From assembly GCA_024704765.1 (NCBI GenBank), contig JAKMXF010000099.1, positions 320,432-384,431 of the forward strand: 64,000 nt of DNA. Direction: 5' to 3'. This stretch comes from Oopsacas minuta. Its lineage: Eukaryota > Animalia > Porifera. The notes under the pieces were generated by a model. That model had not been told where the DNA came from. It ran no database searches and saw only the letters and a program-made list of their open reading frames with translations. Of this stretch, positions 38,600 through 50,759 are shown piece by piece; position 1 is the first letter of the stretch; each line of letters opens with the position of its first letter. The translations under genes were made by a program, and so were the position numbers.

Positions 38600-40884
38600 C
38601 ACAGGTCAAGAAAATTTAACTTCATTTTCTCATCAAGTATTAGATTGACATTTTCTCAGCTAGTTTTTACGCTGAATTCAAATCTGCTTTCAGATTCTTT
38701 CCAGCACGTCCAGTTTTTTTCCATCTACAAGTCAACGATTTTATGTATTTCCTAAATTTTTCCTGTTATTTTATAGTAGTGGGTGTCCTTTTGTCTTCTT
38801 ACATGATAGCCATCTGAAATAAATCAAAGTTACGATGTTTTAGATTAATGCCAAGATAATATCAGTTATTATCCTAGCTCTTACATATAATTATTCACAT
38901 TCATACATGTATCAACTACTCACAAACTAAGGGAAAATACATATCCATCTAGAAGTATAAAGGTAGCTAACTAATTTAAAAGTGTTGAGAGTACGACTTC
39001 CTTTTATATATCTTGTTAGGATTATCTCTGAAGAGCCTCCAACAGTAATCGGACATCGTACCCTCATTCCAGAAACCTTGGTATCGGGTTTCCATCTCCT
39101 GTATGTCTTGGTGGAATCTCTCACCCTGTTCATCACTTACAGCACCAAGGTCTCAGGGAAAAATCAAGGTGAGAGTGCAAGAAGTGAAGTTTTAGCGACA
39201 TGCGACAGCCCATCTTCTCGTCTGCGTTAAGCAAGGTTTCCACTCCTTCTCTGTAGTTGGACGACTTCATGTTGCCCAAAAAGTTTTCACAAACCCATGT
39301 GAAAGAATTCCCAGCACTCATTTCTAATTCGGATAATGTCTTCTCGAAATTTGGATCTCTGAATACTTGCCTGATTTGTGTTCCTACAAATACTCCCTCT
39401 TTTAACTTTGCCTCCCTTAATTTCGGAAATTCGCCTACCAGATGCAGAAATCCTGCTGAATTTGTTTTGCCCATTGTTTTAACGAATGTTTTCATTAATC
39501 CAAGTTTAATATGAAGTGGGGGTAAGAAAACTTTGTTTGGATCTACCAATGGCGAATGCTGTCAATTGGTTTTCCCACTTCATAGGTTCTCTTCGGCCAA
39601 TCACATTTTTTATAATATTCACCAGTTGCTCGGCTGTCCCATAGACATAGGAAACAACAATACTCTGTAAAACCTTGTTGCAAGCCCATCAATAGCCCGA
39701 TTATCTTAAGATCACCGCAGATATTCCATATATGTGTTCTATATTGTATTGCCTCCAAAACTTCCTGCAAATTGACGAAGGTTTCTTTGAGATAGACGGA
39801 GTGAGCAATTGGAACGCCAGGCTTTAGATTTCCGTTATGCAACAGAACAGCTTTCAAACTACGTTTTGACGAGTCGATGAAAAGGCGCCAATCAGAGGAA
39901 GAATGTTATTGTAATAGGTTTGCATAGAGTCCTTCGATATCATTACAATAGCATAGTGGACCATCAGTGGTGTAGTATTGAGCGAGATCGAAATTTCGCT
40001 TGCGATAGTGGGATACTTGGATATCTTTGTCGAGTAGGTTTTTCTGTTTGAGCCTGGATGCAAGGAGTTCAGCTTTGTCTTTAGATAAGTCTAGATCCCT
40101 GACCAGGTCATTCAATTCTCCCTGTGTAGATGTTTGTGGCTCTAGTAATTCATCTTCCAGGACATAATTAGCATCTGTAGAATCTGCATGAACATCTTCC
40201 ACCATATCAGACCCGATTTTAATTTGCTGTGGCTTGGGAATTGGGATTGGTAATGAGATATCGTATGGAATTGGCCTGCGAGCAGGATCCAAGTCTGGGT
40301 AAACAAGAGCGTGCTTATTCTTGGCTGAGAATCCTGTAATGTCGATAAGGCAAAAGTAACAATCATCAAGGTGATTTTTCTGTTCCCTCCAGACCATGGG
40401 TATTGCAAATGGCATTGAAACTTTCCTTTTGTTCAACCAATCACGTAGTCCACTTGAACAGGAAGTGCATATAACATGTGGTGCCCACGACTTGTCTTGG
40501 TCACCAAGTGGACATTCGAAGTACAATTTGTATATGTTCTTTAATTGATTTGTGATTGGTTGTCTTGGTGATTTTACGCAAAAAGACCACAAACGTAACA
40601 GAAATTGTCGAGATGAGTTCTATAATTACGATGCATGTTTATAATTTGATTTGCTTGAATTCAAATAAGTAAAGTCATTTATATTCCAGATAATTGAATC
40701 AAAATAGGCATGCTCATATAGCAATTTAGTAACTAGGTAATACTATACTATTGAAAGACGGATATTGGATTTCAGAATAACTAGACGTGCTAGAGAAATT
40801 CTGATTGCAGATTCGAGTTCAGCATTCAAAAGTATGCTAAGATACATTTATGTGATCTCTGTTAAGAAATCTTGTTGAGTTGTG
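38600..40884 (-). mobile_element. Chapaev3-like (CMC superfamily) transposon, copy A
   Basis: Ends CACAGGTCAAGAAAA (38600) and CTTGTTGAGTTGTG (to 40884), subterminal inverted GCTGAA(T/C)TC(A/G)AATCTGC; flanks TAA/TTA fit TWA but are not identical. Confidence 0.75.
39000..40636 (-). pseudogene. Chapaev3-like transposase A
   Basis: H..NFCYVCG...DQDKSWAPHVICTSC...W...HLDDCYFC (Chapa-type Zn region); LFIDSS; ICGDLK...YCCFLC; PPLHIKLG; SLKLHFLHSH; frameshifts. Confidence 0.8.
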
Positions 40885-42224
40885 TTATATGAATGATTTG
40901 ATTGAATATTGATTTAGATACTATAATTGACCATAAATATCATGATAGATAACTGGTAACTAAGTTAAGAACAAGAGATAAGAAATGTTAATACATTTCT
41001 TTGTGGTAAACTATTGATGAATTTGGACCTAGATACAGAAATATACTAAGTTTGGCGTTTATAAAGTTATTTTTCGTAAGAACATAGAATTTTTAAATAA
41101 TCGGAAAGAAGAGGGAGTGGGTAATATTATTAGGATGTGATAGAATATGCAAAGACAATCTTGATAACTTGAGTATCCTTGGACATAGAAATTAGATTAT
41201 TATACCATTCGATAGCAAATATGCGACATACTATTACCAAATATTATATATAAAGGGGCTAAGTGAAAGGAATTTGAAATTTGGACAATTTAAAATCAAT
41301 TTTGCGAAAGTGACACAGCGAAAATATAAAAGCGCAAGGGTCAAATCGAAATATTTTTCAAATTTTAGTCCCGTATTTTCCTAAAAATGGTAAAGCCGAC
41401 TTTTTCCTTAGGTAGAATTTGAACCGACGATTTATGCTTTTCTCGCTTCGGCCTATTATCCATATCAGTATGTGTATACAGCTTGATGCGCTTTGTCAGA
41501 AGTACGCGGCAACATCAGTCTTCATGTCACTCATAACAATTGCTCCTTCATAACACCGCCCTCAGCAAATTGTCAACTTTATGTTGAATCTACCAAAGTA
41601 TCACAAATTATTACCACTAAAGCTGTTGTATGTATACAATCGGTTTTATACATTCCCATGAACTCTTCATGAGCAGTTGGTGCACTTTTCATCATATCGA
41701 ATTCTTATGAGTTATAACAACTTATTCAGTTTAACGATGTCAGTTTTTCATTGATCATGACTGAAAAGTATGACAGTTGAAGTTGGGCAATAATATTTCG
41801 CACACATTCACTGGCCATAATTGACAAGAATTCATTCTGAATTTCAGCGAAAGTATACTTCAACTTTGTCGTATCTGAAATTGATGTGATGCAATAATTC
41901 TCTTCCCCAAGAAGAACTAACAATTGGTGAATGTTTGAGTCCTTTCCATCACAATCTCCTCTTAATGAAATCCATTAGCGAGCAAGACATCGGATAGTTG
42001 AAAGAATTATCAATGGATATTTACTGTTGGGATTATTTTCCTAGGCATGATAAACTGGAAGTACAGGGTGGCTCCAAAGTTCTGCTACAAAATCACAATT
42101 AATATAAACCCTTTATCAGGAAATATTCTCAATCGTTTGCTCTTCCATGACATACCTTGTATGCTTCCTAACGAATATTATTTCAATTTAGTGTATACTA
42201 TTTCGAAAATAATTGTGATTGACC

Positions 42225-43240
42225 ATGGAATCTGAGAGCTCAGCAATTATTGAGTTTGTTTTGGCGGGGAAAAGTCCCTCAGAAATTTTGAAGCTTAATA
42301 TTGCAAAATGACGTAGGGAATTATCTACAGGACGATAAATCGATATAAAGAAACTGGTGACACTGTAGACAAGCCGAGATCTGGTCGTCCATGCTCTGTA
42401 ACGACCCCTGCTATCAAGAAAGTGGTGCGAGAACAGATTCGGCGAAACCCACACTGTTAGATGAGGAAAATGGCCTGGTAGATCAATATATCTCGTCAAG
42501 TAATACAAAAGGTTGTCAAAAGAGACCTAGGAATGCGCTCTTTTAAATGCAAAAAGGTATAATTCCTATTTGGGTCGGTGAAAGAAAAGAGAGTGTCTCG
42601 GACCAAGAGCTTACTTGCTCCACACGCTATTGAGGTTATCGAAAATACTCTTTTCTCGGCTGAGAAAATTTCCTTCATAGAAGAGGCTACAAATAGCTAA
42701 AATGACATTGTCATCTCGCCTCAGTTTCAGCGATCCCTGATAAGTTCACATGTATTAGTCGGATGAAGAAACCGCTGTAGGTGATGGTTTCGGCTGAGGT
42801 CTCTGCTGTTGGTCGGACACCACTGATTTTAATCCCCCAGGAGTAAAATCAATGCCAAAAACATACCAAGAGCTTGCATTGTGCCTGTGGTAAAAGGTCT
42901 GAGCCAGACGATGTCCTCTGGACAGCCATTTGTCTTTCAACAAGATGGTACTCCCGCCCATACGACCCAAGATTGGCTGAAGCACAATATTCCCAATTTT
43001 ATACATAAGGATGAATGGCCACCATACACTCCCGATGTAAATCCCATGGACTATTCTATATAGTCTATCTTGAAAAACAAGGCTTGTTCTGTGTGACACA
43101 ACATAGTTAGCTCTCTAAGGATTTCCTTGTGTCGAGAATGGGAGAAGATACCCAAAGAAACTCTGCGTGTGTCGCAGTAGAAGGATTCCCGAACAGACTC
43201 TGGGCTGTCATTTCTAAAAGGGGCGGTTATATTAAATAAA
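42225..43240 (+). pseudogene. maT-type transposase
   Basis: IYRTINRYKETGDTVDKPRSGRP, FSAEK.F.IEEA, FVFQQDGTPAHT...EWPPYTPDVNPMDYSI. The spacer counts 34 here, apparently after a 3-residue loss relative to the maT consensus. Confidence 0.75.
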
Positions 43241-43278
43241 TGAATAGGAAATCTCTTCTTAATAGTATGTATTACTCA

Positions 43279-45594
43279 TACTGGTCAACAAACAATTTGT
43301 TGCCTAAGATGTTAGATTCGTTACTATGTATATTTACCTCAGGGGAATCTGAAATGGCATCGGCTTATCCGAATTGGCCCTAGTTTTTGCGATACCTAAT
43401 GTTAAATTTGGCGTGATAAGTATAAAAATAGTTAGGTATACTACAAATGAATATCTTCACATTACTAGTGGCATGGTGTTCCAGTAGTGACATCTAACTT
43501 AATATGCTTCCAAGTGTAAATTTGAATTATTGAAATTTGTAGTTTTTGATTGTAACTCTTGACTGCAAACCGAAATTTGGAAATTATAATTTTTATCATT
43601 ATAGCTACTCCGTATGAAATACATTAATCTTTGTCAAAACAATTAATCGGTTAAATGTAATAATATTAAAAAGAATACTAAACATGTTTATTGAAGAACA
43701 TCTAAAAATCGTCTCTTCTTTGATTTTCTGTTATGGGATATCAGAGGGCAATCTCTCTGGAGGCTCAAACAGTAATCTGCCATCATGTGGGTTTCCCACC
43801 TGCCTCCCTATCTCTCTTCAATGACCTTGATGTCCTGATGAAACCTTTCCTCTCTTCCTCACTTAAATTCCCAAGGTTTTCAGGGAAACGATCCAGGTGG
43901 CTAAATAGATAGTGAACCTTGATGCTCATGTTAACATCTAAATCTTTAAATTTGGAAAGCATTTCATTGACCAAATCTATGTAGTTGTTAGCTTTATTAT
44001 TACCCAAGAAGTTATTGACACCAAAATAAATGCGCACCTCGCAGAAGATTCTAAATTAGTCATGGATTGGACGAAACCAGTGTTTCTTATGAGACTGCGG
44101 ATCTGAGGACCATCAAAGATCCCTGCTTTCAGTTTTTCATTGCTCATTGGTGGGAATGATCTGCAAATGGTCTTGAAACAGGGGCCGGCTTTATCTAAAG
44201 ATGTTACTAAGTGCAATATTATACCCAACTTGATGTCGAGTGGTGGATGAATGATTTTTTCTCTAGGAACCAATGGTCCATACAGAATATTTGCTTCTCC
44301 AACTGTTAGATCAGTTCTCAAGGGCCATACTTCATTTACCCAATGATCTTTGCGCGCTCTGCTGTCCCATAAACATATAAAACAAGGGTACTTATTGTAT
44401 CCACCTTGTTGGCCAAGTAGAAAGTTTACCATCTTGAGATCAACACATATCAACCACTGGTGTTCATGATATTTCAATTTTTGCAATACCATTTAAAAAT
44501 TTTCATACTCCCCTTAAGTTTGTTGAATGTCCAATTGGAATAGTTGCATATTTATTTCCATTATGCAATGAAACGCACTTTGAGCTTCTCTTGGAATTAT
44601 CAATGAATAGAGGCCAATCTTCTGGTCTATATTGTGATACTCCGATTTCCAGGAGAAATCCTCCGATATCATTGCAGAAGAGGTAACCTTCTTGTTGGTT
44701 AGGGTAATGAAGGAATCCTTCTTTTCTATGACAATAATAGGTTATCTTAATTCCAAGGCTAAGAATATTCTTCTCATTGTTCCTGGATGCAAAAATTTCT
44801 GAACACTCTTTAGACAGGTTGAGGTCCCTGATTAGATCATTGGGTTCTTCCTGATTGAATTAACCAGATAATGAAGAGCTAACCTCGAGTTCACTTTTAC
44901 TGAAATGACATATTGTGTCCAAATCTTCATCTATTCCATCACATCTATTGAGAGGTCTGGTACGGGGCTAAATTTTGGCAGAGGAAGCTCCTCACAGTGA
45001 AGCACAAGACGCCTAGCAGAGTCCAAATCAGGGTAACTCTACATTCTTTTCTTATGTTGATTAAATCCTTTCATATCGACCATCAAAAATAGTAATCATC
45101 ATAATGATTCCTCTATTCTCTCCATGCCATAGGCATGCCAAACTTAAAGCTCTTCCTCTTGCCATTAGCCACAGCCTTAGATATTCACTACATGTTTTAC
45201 ACACAAAATGCGGAGCCCATGGCTTGTCTTGGTCTCCAAGCTTCACCTTAAAGTAATCAAAGTATGCCTTTCGCATGAAGTCAAAGATCCTCTTCTCTGA
45301 TCTTTCAACGTATATTCAGCACATATGTAACAGAACGTATTAGGAGCATTAGAACATTTTCTTCTTGACGATGCCATAGAGTTAGAATATGCTAGATACT
45401 TATCATTATAAAAGTATTGATTAAATTGAATATACATTTGAAAAAGGTAACTAACAATATAACATAAATGTGGACCAAAATTAAGAGCCTATCAAGCAAA
45501 TCCGATGTAATTTCGAACTCGCACAGCAAATATAGTCCAAATTCAATCTAAAATCTTAGGTAACGGAAATAAAAATATTTTTTGTTGGCCTGCG
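43279..45594 (-). mobile_element. Chapaev3-like transposon, copy B (different family)
   Basis: Imperfect TIRs TACTGGTCAACAAACAA...CCTAAGATGTTAGATT (43279) and AATCTAAAATCTTAGG...TTTTTTGTTGGCCTGCG (to 45594); subterminal GAAAT..CATCGG inverted pair; no clear TSD. Confidence 0.72.
43770..45377 (-). pseudogene. Chapaev3-like transposase B
   Basis: MASSRRKCSNAPNTFCYICAEY, DQDKPWAPHFVCKTC, ICVDLK...YPCFIC, PPLDIKLG, SIKVHYLFSHLDRFPENLGNLSEE; frameshifts. Confidence 0.82.
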
Positions 45595-46949
45595 TTTTAT
45601 ATATAAAATCAATGATGTAGGTCATGCTGTAAAACATTGTAGACAAAATGGTTTGTATCAGAACTTTGGAGCACCCTGTAGTTACAAATTTCAGTAAAAT
45701 CTGTGATTACTTTTGAGCCTACAAGGTAGGTAGCGTATACCTATTTCTTTTGGCTGTTTTCACCAATGTTTTCTTGCAACAGTTTCCTAATATCTCCACC
45801 TTTTTTAATCCGATACCACTGGCGGCAATATTTAACATGCATAATTACCTACCGCTACCAATACCTGCATCATACTCTTACTAGTTAGCGTATTAGCCAT
45901 AAAGTCTAAACTTCTAGGAAATTCCCTGACAAAAGCAATTTCTTGATTGCAGGACCTAAAAACAGATAATCTGGGTGTGGCGATGAATAAATATCATTGC
46001 GGAATTCTCAGACCTCTCCATTTGTAGAATAGAAATTGGTACTACTTCATTGGGGGCGCGCGCACTGAAATACTGACACCTGCGGCTCGTAGTATATTTC
46101 ATGATTGGATGAGAAAGAGAAATACATTTTTGATCAATTTGTGAGGCAGAATATTCGACATTATATACAAAATGTGTGGAGTAGATAGATTAGCGTATAA
46201 TCGTATGAAGAACAACCATCTGCTACGGACGTGCATAATGGCGTACTTAATATTCTGTTGTGTGTATCACCAAGGAGGCTTGAAAACGAGAAGGAAGACT
46301 GAAAATGTGTTTACCACATATCTCGAGAATCATGTATGATATAGCTTAAGTCATGACCTGATAAACATAAGGAAGGCCTGTCAGTAATTCGTAAATTTGG
46401 GATCATGAATGGAGTATTAGTTGAGAGCTTTTTTTCATGATTTCATTATTGAAACAGTCATTATTCCTGAATGAATGTATTTCGCATTTGTGGAACATCA
46501 CATTTTATACCAATCTATACTATAAATTTCAGGAATGTATCTAAATATGTACACACTACGCCTTTATTCAGTTATATATATATATCATTCTTTGACGCCT
46601 TCGAATGTTAAATATAGCATCTATCATCTCAAAGTTAGTTTACCAAAAGATTTATTTGCAGCCTATCAAAAAATTGTAATACCTAATTTTCTCGTTATTG
46701 AGTTTCGATAATAACCATAGTTAACAAATGTTTATGAATATTCAATTATAACTCATGAATCATTATAATTTGGGTAAAATCAGAATACATAATTTATATA
46801 CTGTATACCTAACTCCCATCCCATGTAAAGTTGTGATAAATTTTGAATTCTAATAATTGAAGAATATTACTCCTGAGCGAATTATTATTGCGCTAATGCG
46901 ATTGGGCATATCGTATGTCAAGTTTTGAAGAATGACAAGTTAAATATCT

Positions 46950-47520
46950 GTCCACACATTTTTTCAGAATCAATACGTTGGAATTTATTGTCCTAACTTC
47001 AGAGAGTTTGCTGAGCTTGTCTACAAGGATAGGCCATAAGTTTCGTTCGGATTCAAATCCGGAGAGTTACCTGGCCAGTCAATCTTTGCACAGTGGCTTG
47101 GTAGATACTCTCAACACCAAGCTCGAATGAGCTTGGTGGTGTGGACTGGAGCGCCTTCCTGCATAAAAATCAATTAGAACATCTGTTTATTAATCGACCA
47201 TTCCAAAACAGTGCCACAATTTGCTGTTCTTTTCATTTCATCCATGCAAAACCTTTCAATATTTCTCCAGAAATTATTCTCCATTTTTATTATGTTTCTG
47301 AGGGATTATATGGAGTCCTGAGAGTGCCTGATATGACAACATCCCCAAACTTTGATTTTTGGTGAATTTCACAATTTTGTAGTGCTGAACATGTGTGAAC
47401 TACGTGACCACACGATCGTCTTGTCTGCTTTGTGTTCGAATAGATGAAATAGTGATTCATCGGACCATAAAACCTTCTCCCAGTATGTCAGAGATCTATT
47501 ATTGTGTTATATAACTAAAT
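46950..47520 (-). pseudogene. Tc1-like transposase remnant
   Basis: Minus-strand SDESLFHLF...VW (47470-47410) and FMQEGAPVHTTK...DWPGNSPDLNP (47170-47055); heavily decayed. Confidence 0.7.
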
Positions 47521-48913
47521 AGATTCGATTTTGCATTATTTTCTTAGTGACTCTCTGCCTTTTGTTAGGATGAATATGTATCAGCTGTCTTGAAATAAAA
47601 TCAATTATTCCAGGATAGTATCAGAGATTATTTACATTTACTTGAGTACTAACTCCAATATCAATGTGTTTTCTTTAACTTTATTATCGAATTTAGACTC
47701 TGATATTTCTTTCATAGTGCCAACCAAAGGCTGACTTTCCTGTGACTTATAGCATTAAATTAACAGTTGCTTCATTCTCAAATTCTTCAATTATTTCATT
47801 ACAACTTTCTACCTCACCATTAACACACATTTCAGATTCTGCAAATGCACTATTACAATCAATGGATCGTTTCGCAACATAAAATATGACATAAAAATTT
47901 GAAAAGTAGGTCAACTTCATTCAATTTTTACAATTTACGATTCGAACAATAACATGCAGAACTATTCTCTTGATCTTATTATCCATTTTGAACTTTAGAC
48001 TATTTTGTACTTATCATGTCTATTACGTGAGCTATACACGTATGTCATACTGTATTTCCATGTAATTTCACCATTACATACAAACGTCCAACAGTTTTGG
48101 AGGTAATTCAGAATATGAAATATTTTATGGGTAAAGCAAGAACTATATGATTATAACTCTGCTATAATCCATTTCTATTGTATTTATTTTAAGTCTATTA
48201 ATGTCCATTAATAACCAATTTTGAACTTGAATACCATTTATTCAAGAATTATGAAATTTCAGCTGTACTTACCATAACACTGTCATTTCTCATTCAGGTA
48301 TTGTACTGCTTGAATGCTCAAAATGATGGATAGTAAGAGCATAAGGCAATATTATATTTGAGCAGGAAGGTAGTTTACTAATCGAGAGCCGGTAGCATCC
48401 AAATTTATAACTACAGCCTGGCCCTGAAACAATTTGATAAGATCTATTTGGTTGGAAGTATACGTACATATGTAAAACAAATTGATCTTGCACAAAGTAC
48501 TGAACATATCCTGAAATAGTTGATTCAGGAGGTAATGACGAAATTGCAGCTGAATAGTTACTACATCTTGCATGAAAGAATGAGAAAACCTACTAACATT
48601 TGTCATTTTTGATTAAACTTTGGTTTAAGAATCTGCCAATTTACATACTTAAAATTACCTAAAAATCCTCCTGTTTGTCAGAATAGTTGAATTGGTTTCT
48701 AAATTTTTTGCTCACTGAATATGTATCTGACAATCCCCCCCTTATTTCTGCGCTCTCTACAAGATAAATTTCGACTGTAAGCACTCGTATCATCTCTTTA
48801 GTGAGTTGAAAGAGATCCTTCTGGATACAATTTGAAGATAGGATTGTTTTTCTTAAGCTGTCTGATTTTATACCTATAATACTTGAAATTCAAAACACAT
48901 ATATTGTTTACAC

Positions 48914-50759
48914 CAGTGGGTCCAAACTGTGGGGTGTTTGCTTGCCTCAAGGGGCTCTGGGAAGATAATGAGGCATTGGATGAAGGTTTACTCTAACATC
49001 TATAAATTTTGCGAAATACTATTTTGTCATTATTGTGTTGTGCACTTTACCGATAATGACAATTCTAACACATTGCCCACAAGAAGAGCTAATTATTCAC
49101 CATTTACGATCAATCAATGCCTTCAATGGTATTGTTTCCTTGTTTTGAATTAACAGTTCAGACTGCTTCTTAAGAGAGAAGTTATAAAAAGTTATCATAC
49201 CATGTTATTTCATTAATTACCTCAATAGTAGACACGGCTTTTCTTGCATATCCAAACATGGCTGAAAACCCCAAGAAATTTGCAGTAATTATTCCATCGA
49301 TTATCTGGAATTTAGTGTCATCGCTTCACCTACTTCTCAAGTAATACCCTTTTGTTTACTCTGCAATCAAGTGTTCTCGAATGAAGGCATGAAACCTTCA
49401 CATAGATGCGGCCATTTCACAAAAAAACACTCAGATAAGAAAGACACGGACCTCAAATATTACCAGACTTTAAGCAAGCAGTTTGCAACCGTAGTTCCAT
49501 AGATGGAATCATTAACAAAATTTCTACAAAACCTACTATGGTCTTGTTGCTTCTTACAAAGATCTCTTTTAATCGCCAAATGTGGGAAGCCTCATGCAAT
49601 AGGTGAAATGCTCACCCTTCCAGCTATAGGAGGGGTTATATCTACTGTTATGCATCAAGATGCGTCTAGTGTAGTTAGATCAATTCGCTTAAGTAATAAC
49701 TCAGTTTCGAGCAGGATCGAAGAATTGGCTATAGATGTCGAACAACAGTTGTGTAAAGTTTCACAAACGACGAAAATCGCTTTGCAGCTTGATGAGTCAA
49801 CCTTACGTGACGATGAAGCCTTACTTATGGCGTATGTACGATATATTCACAATGATGTATCAAAAGAAAAAATGCTCTTCTCCAAGCCACTAGAAACAGA
49901 TACCAGAGGTGAGACAATATTTATGGTGGTAAAGAAATTATATGAAGAGAAGAACATACCAAATAGGAAATATTATTGCGTGTACTACTGATGGAGACCT
50001 TCAATGATTGGACGTCATCGTGGTTTCATAGCTCATCTGAAACGAGCTGTGCTGAATGTGAACTAACCTTGCGACAGAATATTGCCTTCTTGAATTTGGG
50101 CACTTACCTTGTTTACGTGAACTGCATATGGAAAATAATAACATAATTACAAATGACAACATTCAAATTTACTGTTCACATATTGTTTCCCTCAAAAGAT
50201 TTGACCGAATTAGTTATCCCTAATTTGTGATAAATCCATTTGGAACAAATATAGAAACTTTGGATCCACAATTTCAAGAAGAAATCATCGATTTGTAGAA
50301 CGATATCGAATGCTGGGCTATATTCACCCAATGTGGATATAGCGCATTCTAGATGAAGATGGAAGTCTCTGAACACTATCCCCATATTTTTCAAACGGTA
50401 AATTGATGTTTATTGTATTTCCATCATCATATCTTGTCAAGAAGGGATTCACCACAATAGTTAATCTGCTCACAAAACAAAAAAATCGACTGGAAATATC
50501 AACAAGAGGCGACTTGAGGCTCTTTCTGACGCAGTTAGAACCGGATGTAGTTAAACTGGTAAAGAGTCACCAAAGTAATGGATCACATGCACCAACGTAT
50601 TCTGATGCTTAGATTAGTCTCTAAATACTCAATTAATCTATCTTTTATATTTCCATATAGTCACTAATAAATACTGAATCAAAAAGTAGTAAGGAGGGGG
50701 CGTTCTGTAAGTATTAGGTCGATAAGGGGGCGTTAAATTGGTAAAGGTTGGGAACATTG
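48914..50759 (+). mobile_element. Internally deleted hAT (Buster/SCAND3-type) element
   Basis: Ends CAGTGGGTCCAAAC / GGTTGGGAACATTG; perfect 8-bp TSD GTTTACAC (48906-48913, 50760-50767); remnants KCGKPHAIGE, ALQLDESTLR, FPSSYLVKKGF, RGDLRLFLT. Confidence 0.9.

Larger units (their letters stand above)
36062..41455 (-). mobile_element. hAT-superfamily element (probably hATm group) with ~340-bp TIRs
   Basis: 36062-~36400 is a near-identical reverse complement of ~41110-41455; ends TAAGTCGGA / TCGGCCTA; perfect 8-bp TSD TTATCCAT (36054-36061, 41456-41463). Confidence 0.85.
42064..45678 (+). mobile_element. Tc1/mariner element of maT (DD37D-like) type, carrying a nested insertion
   Basis: TIRs CAGGGTGGCTCCAAAGTTCTG / CAGAACTTTGGAGCACCCTG with TA on both flanks; about 1.3 kb once the nested 2.3-kb element is removed. 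Confidence 0.9.
35860..46000 (-). pseudogene. Old ZMYM1-type hAT transposase remnant split into three pieces (about 35860-36061, 41464-42061, 45681-46000)
   Basis: LSTIRCLAR*..LRGDCDGKDSNIHQLL, YTFAEIQNEFLSIMA, HEEFMGMY, C*GRCYEGAIVMS; the reading continues across both TSD-bounded insertions. Confidence 0.65.
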
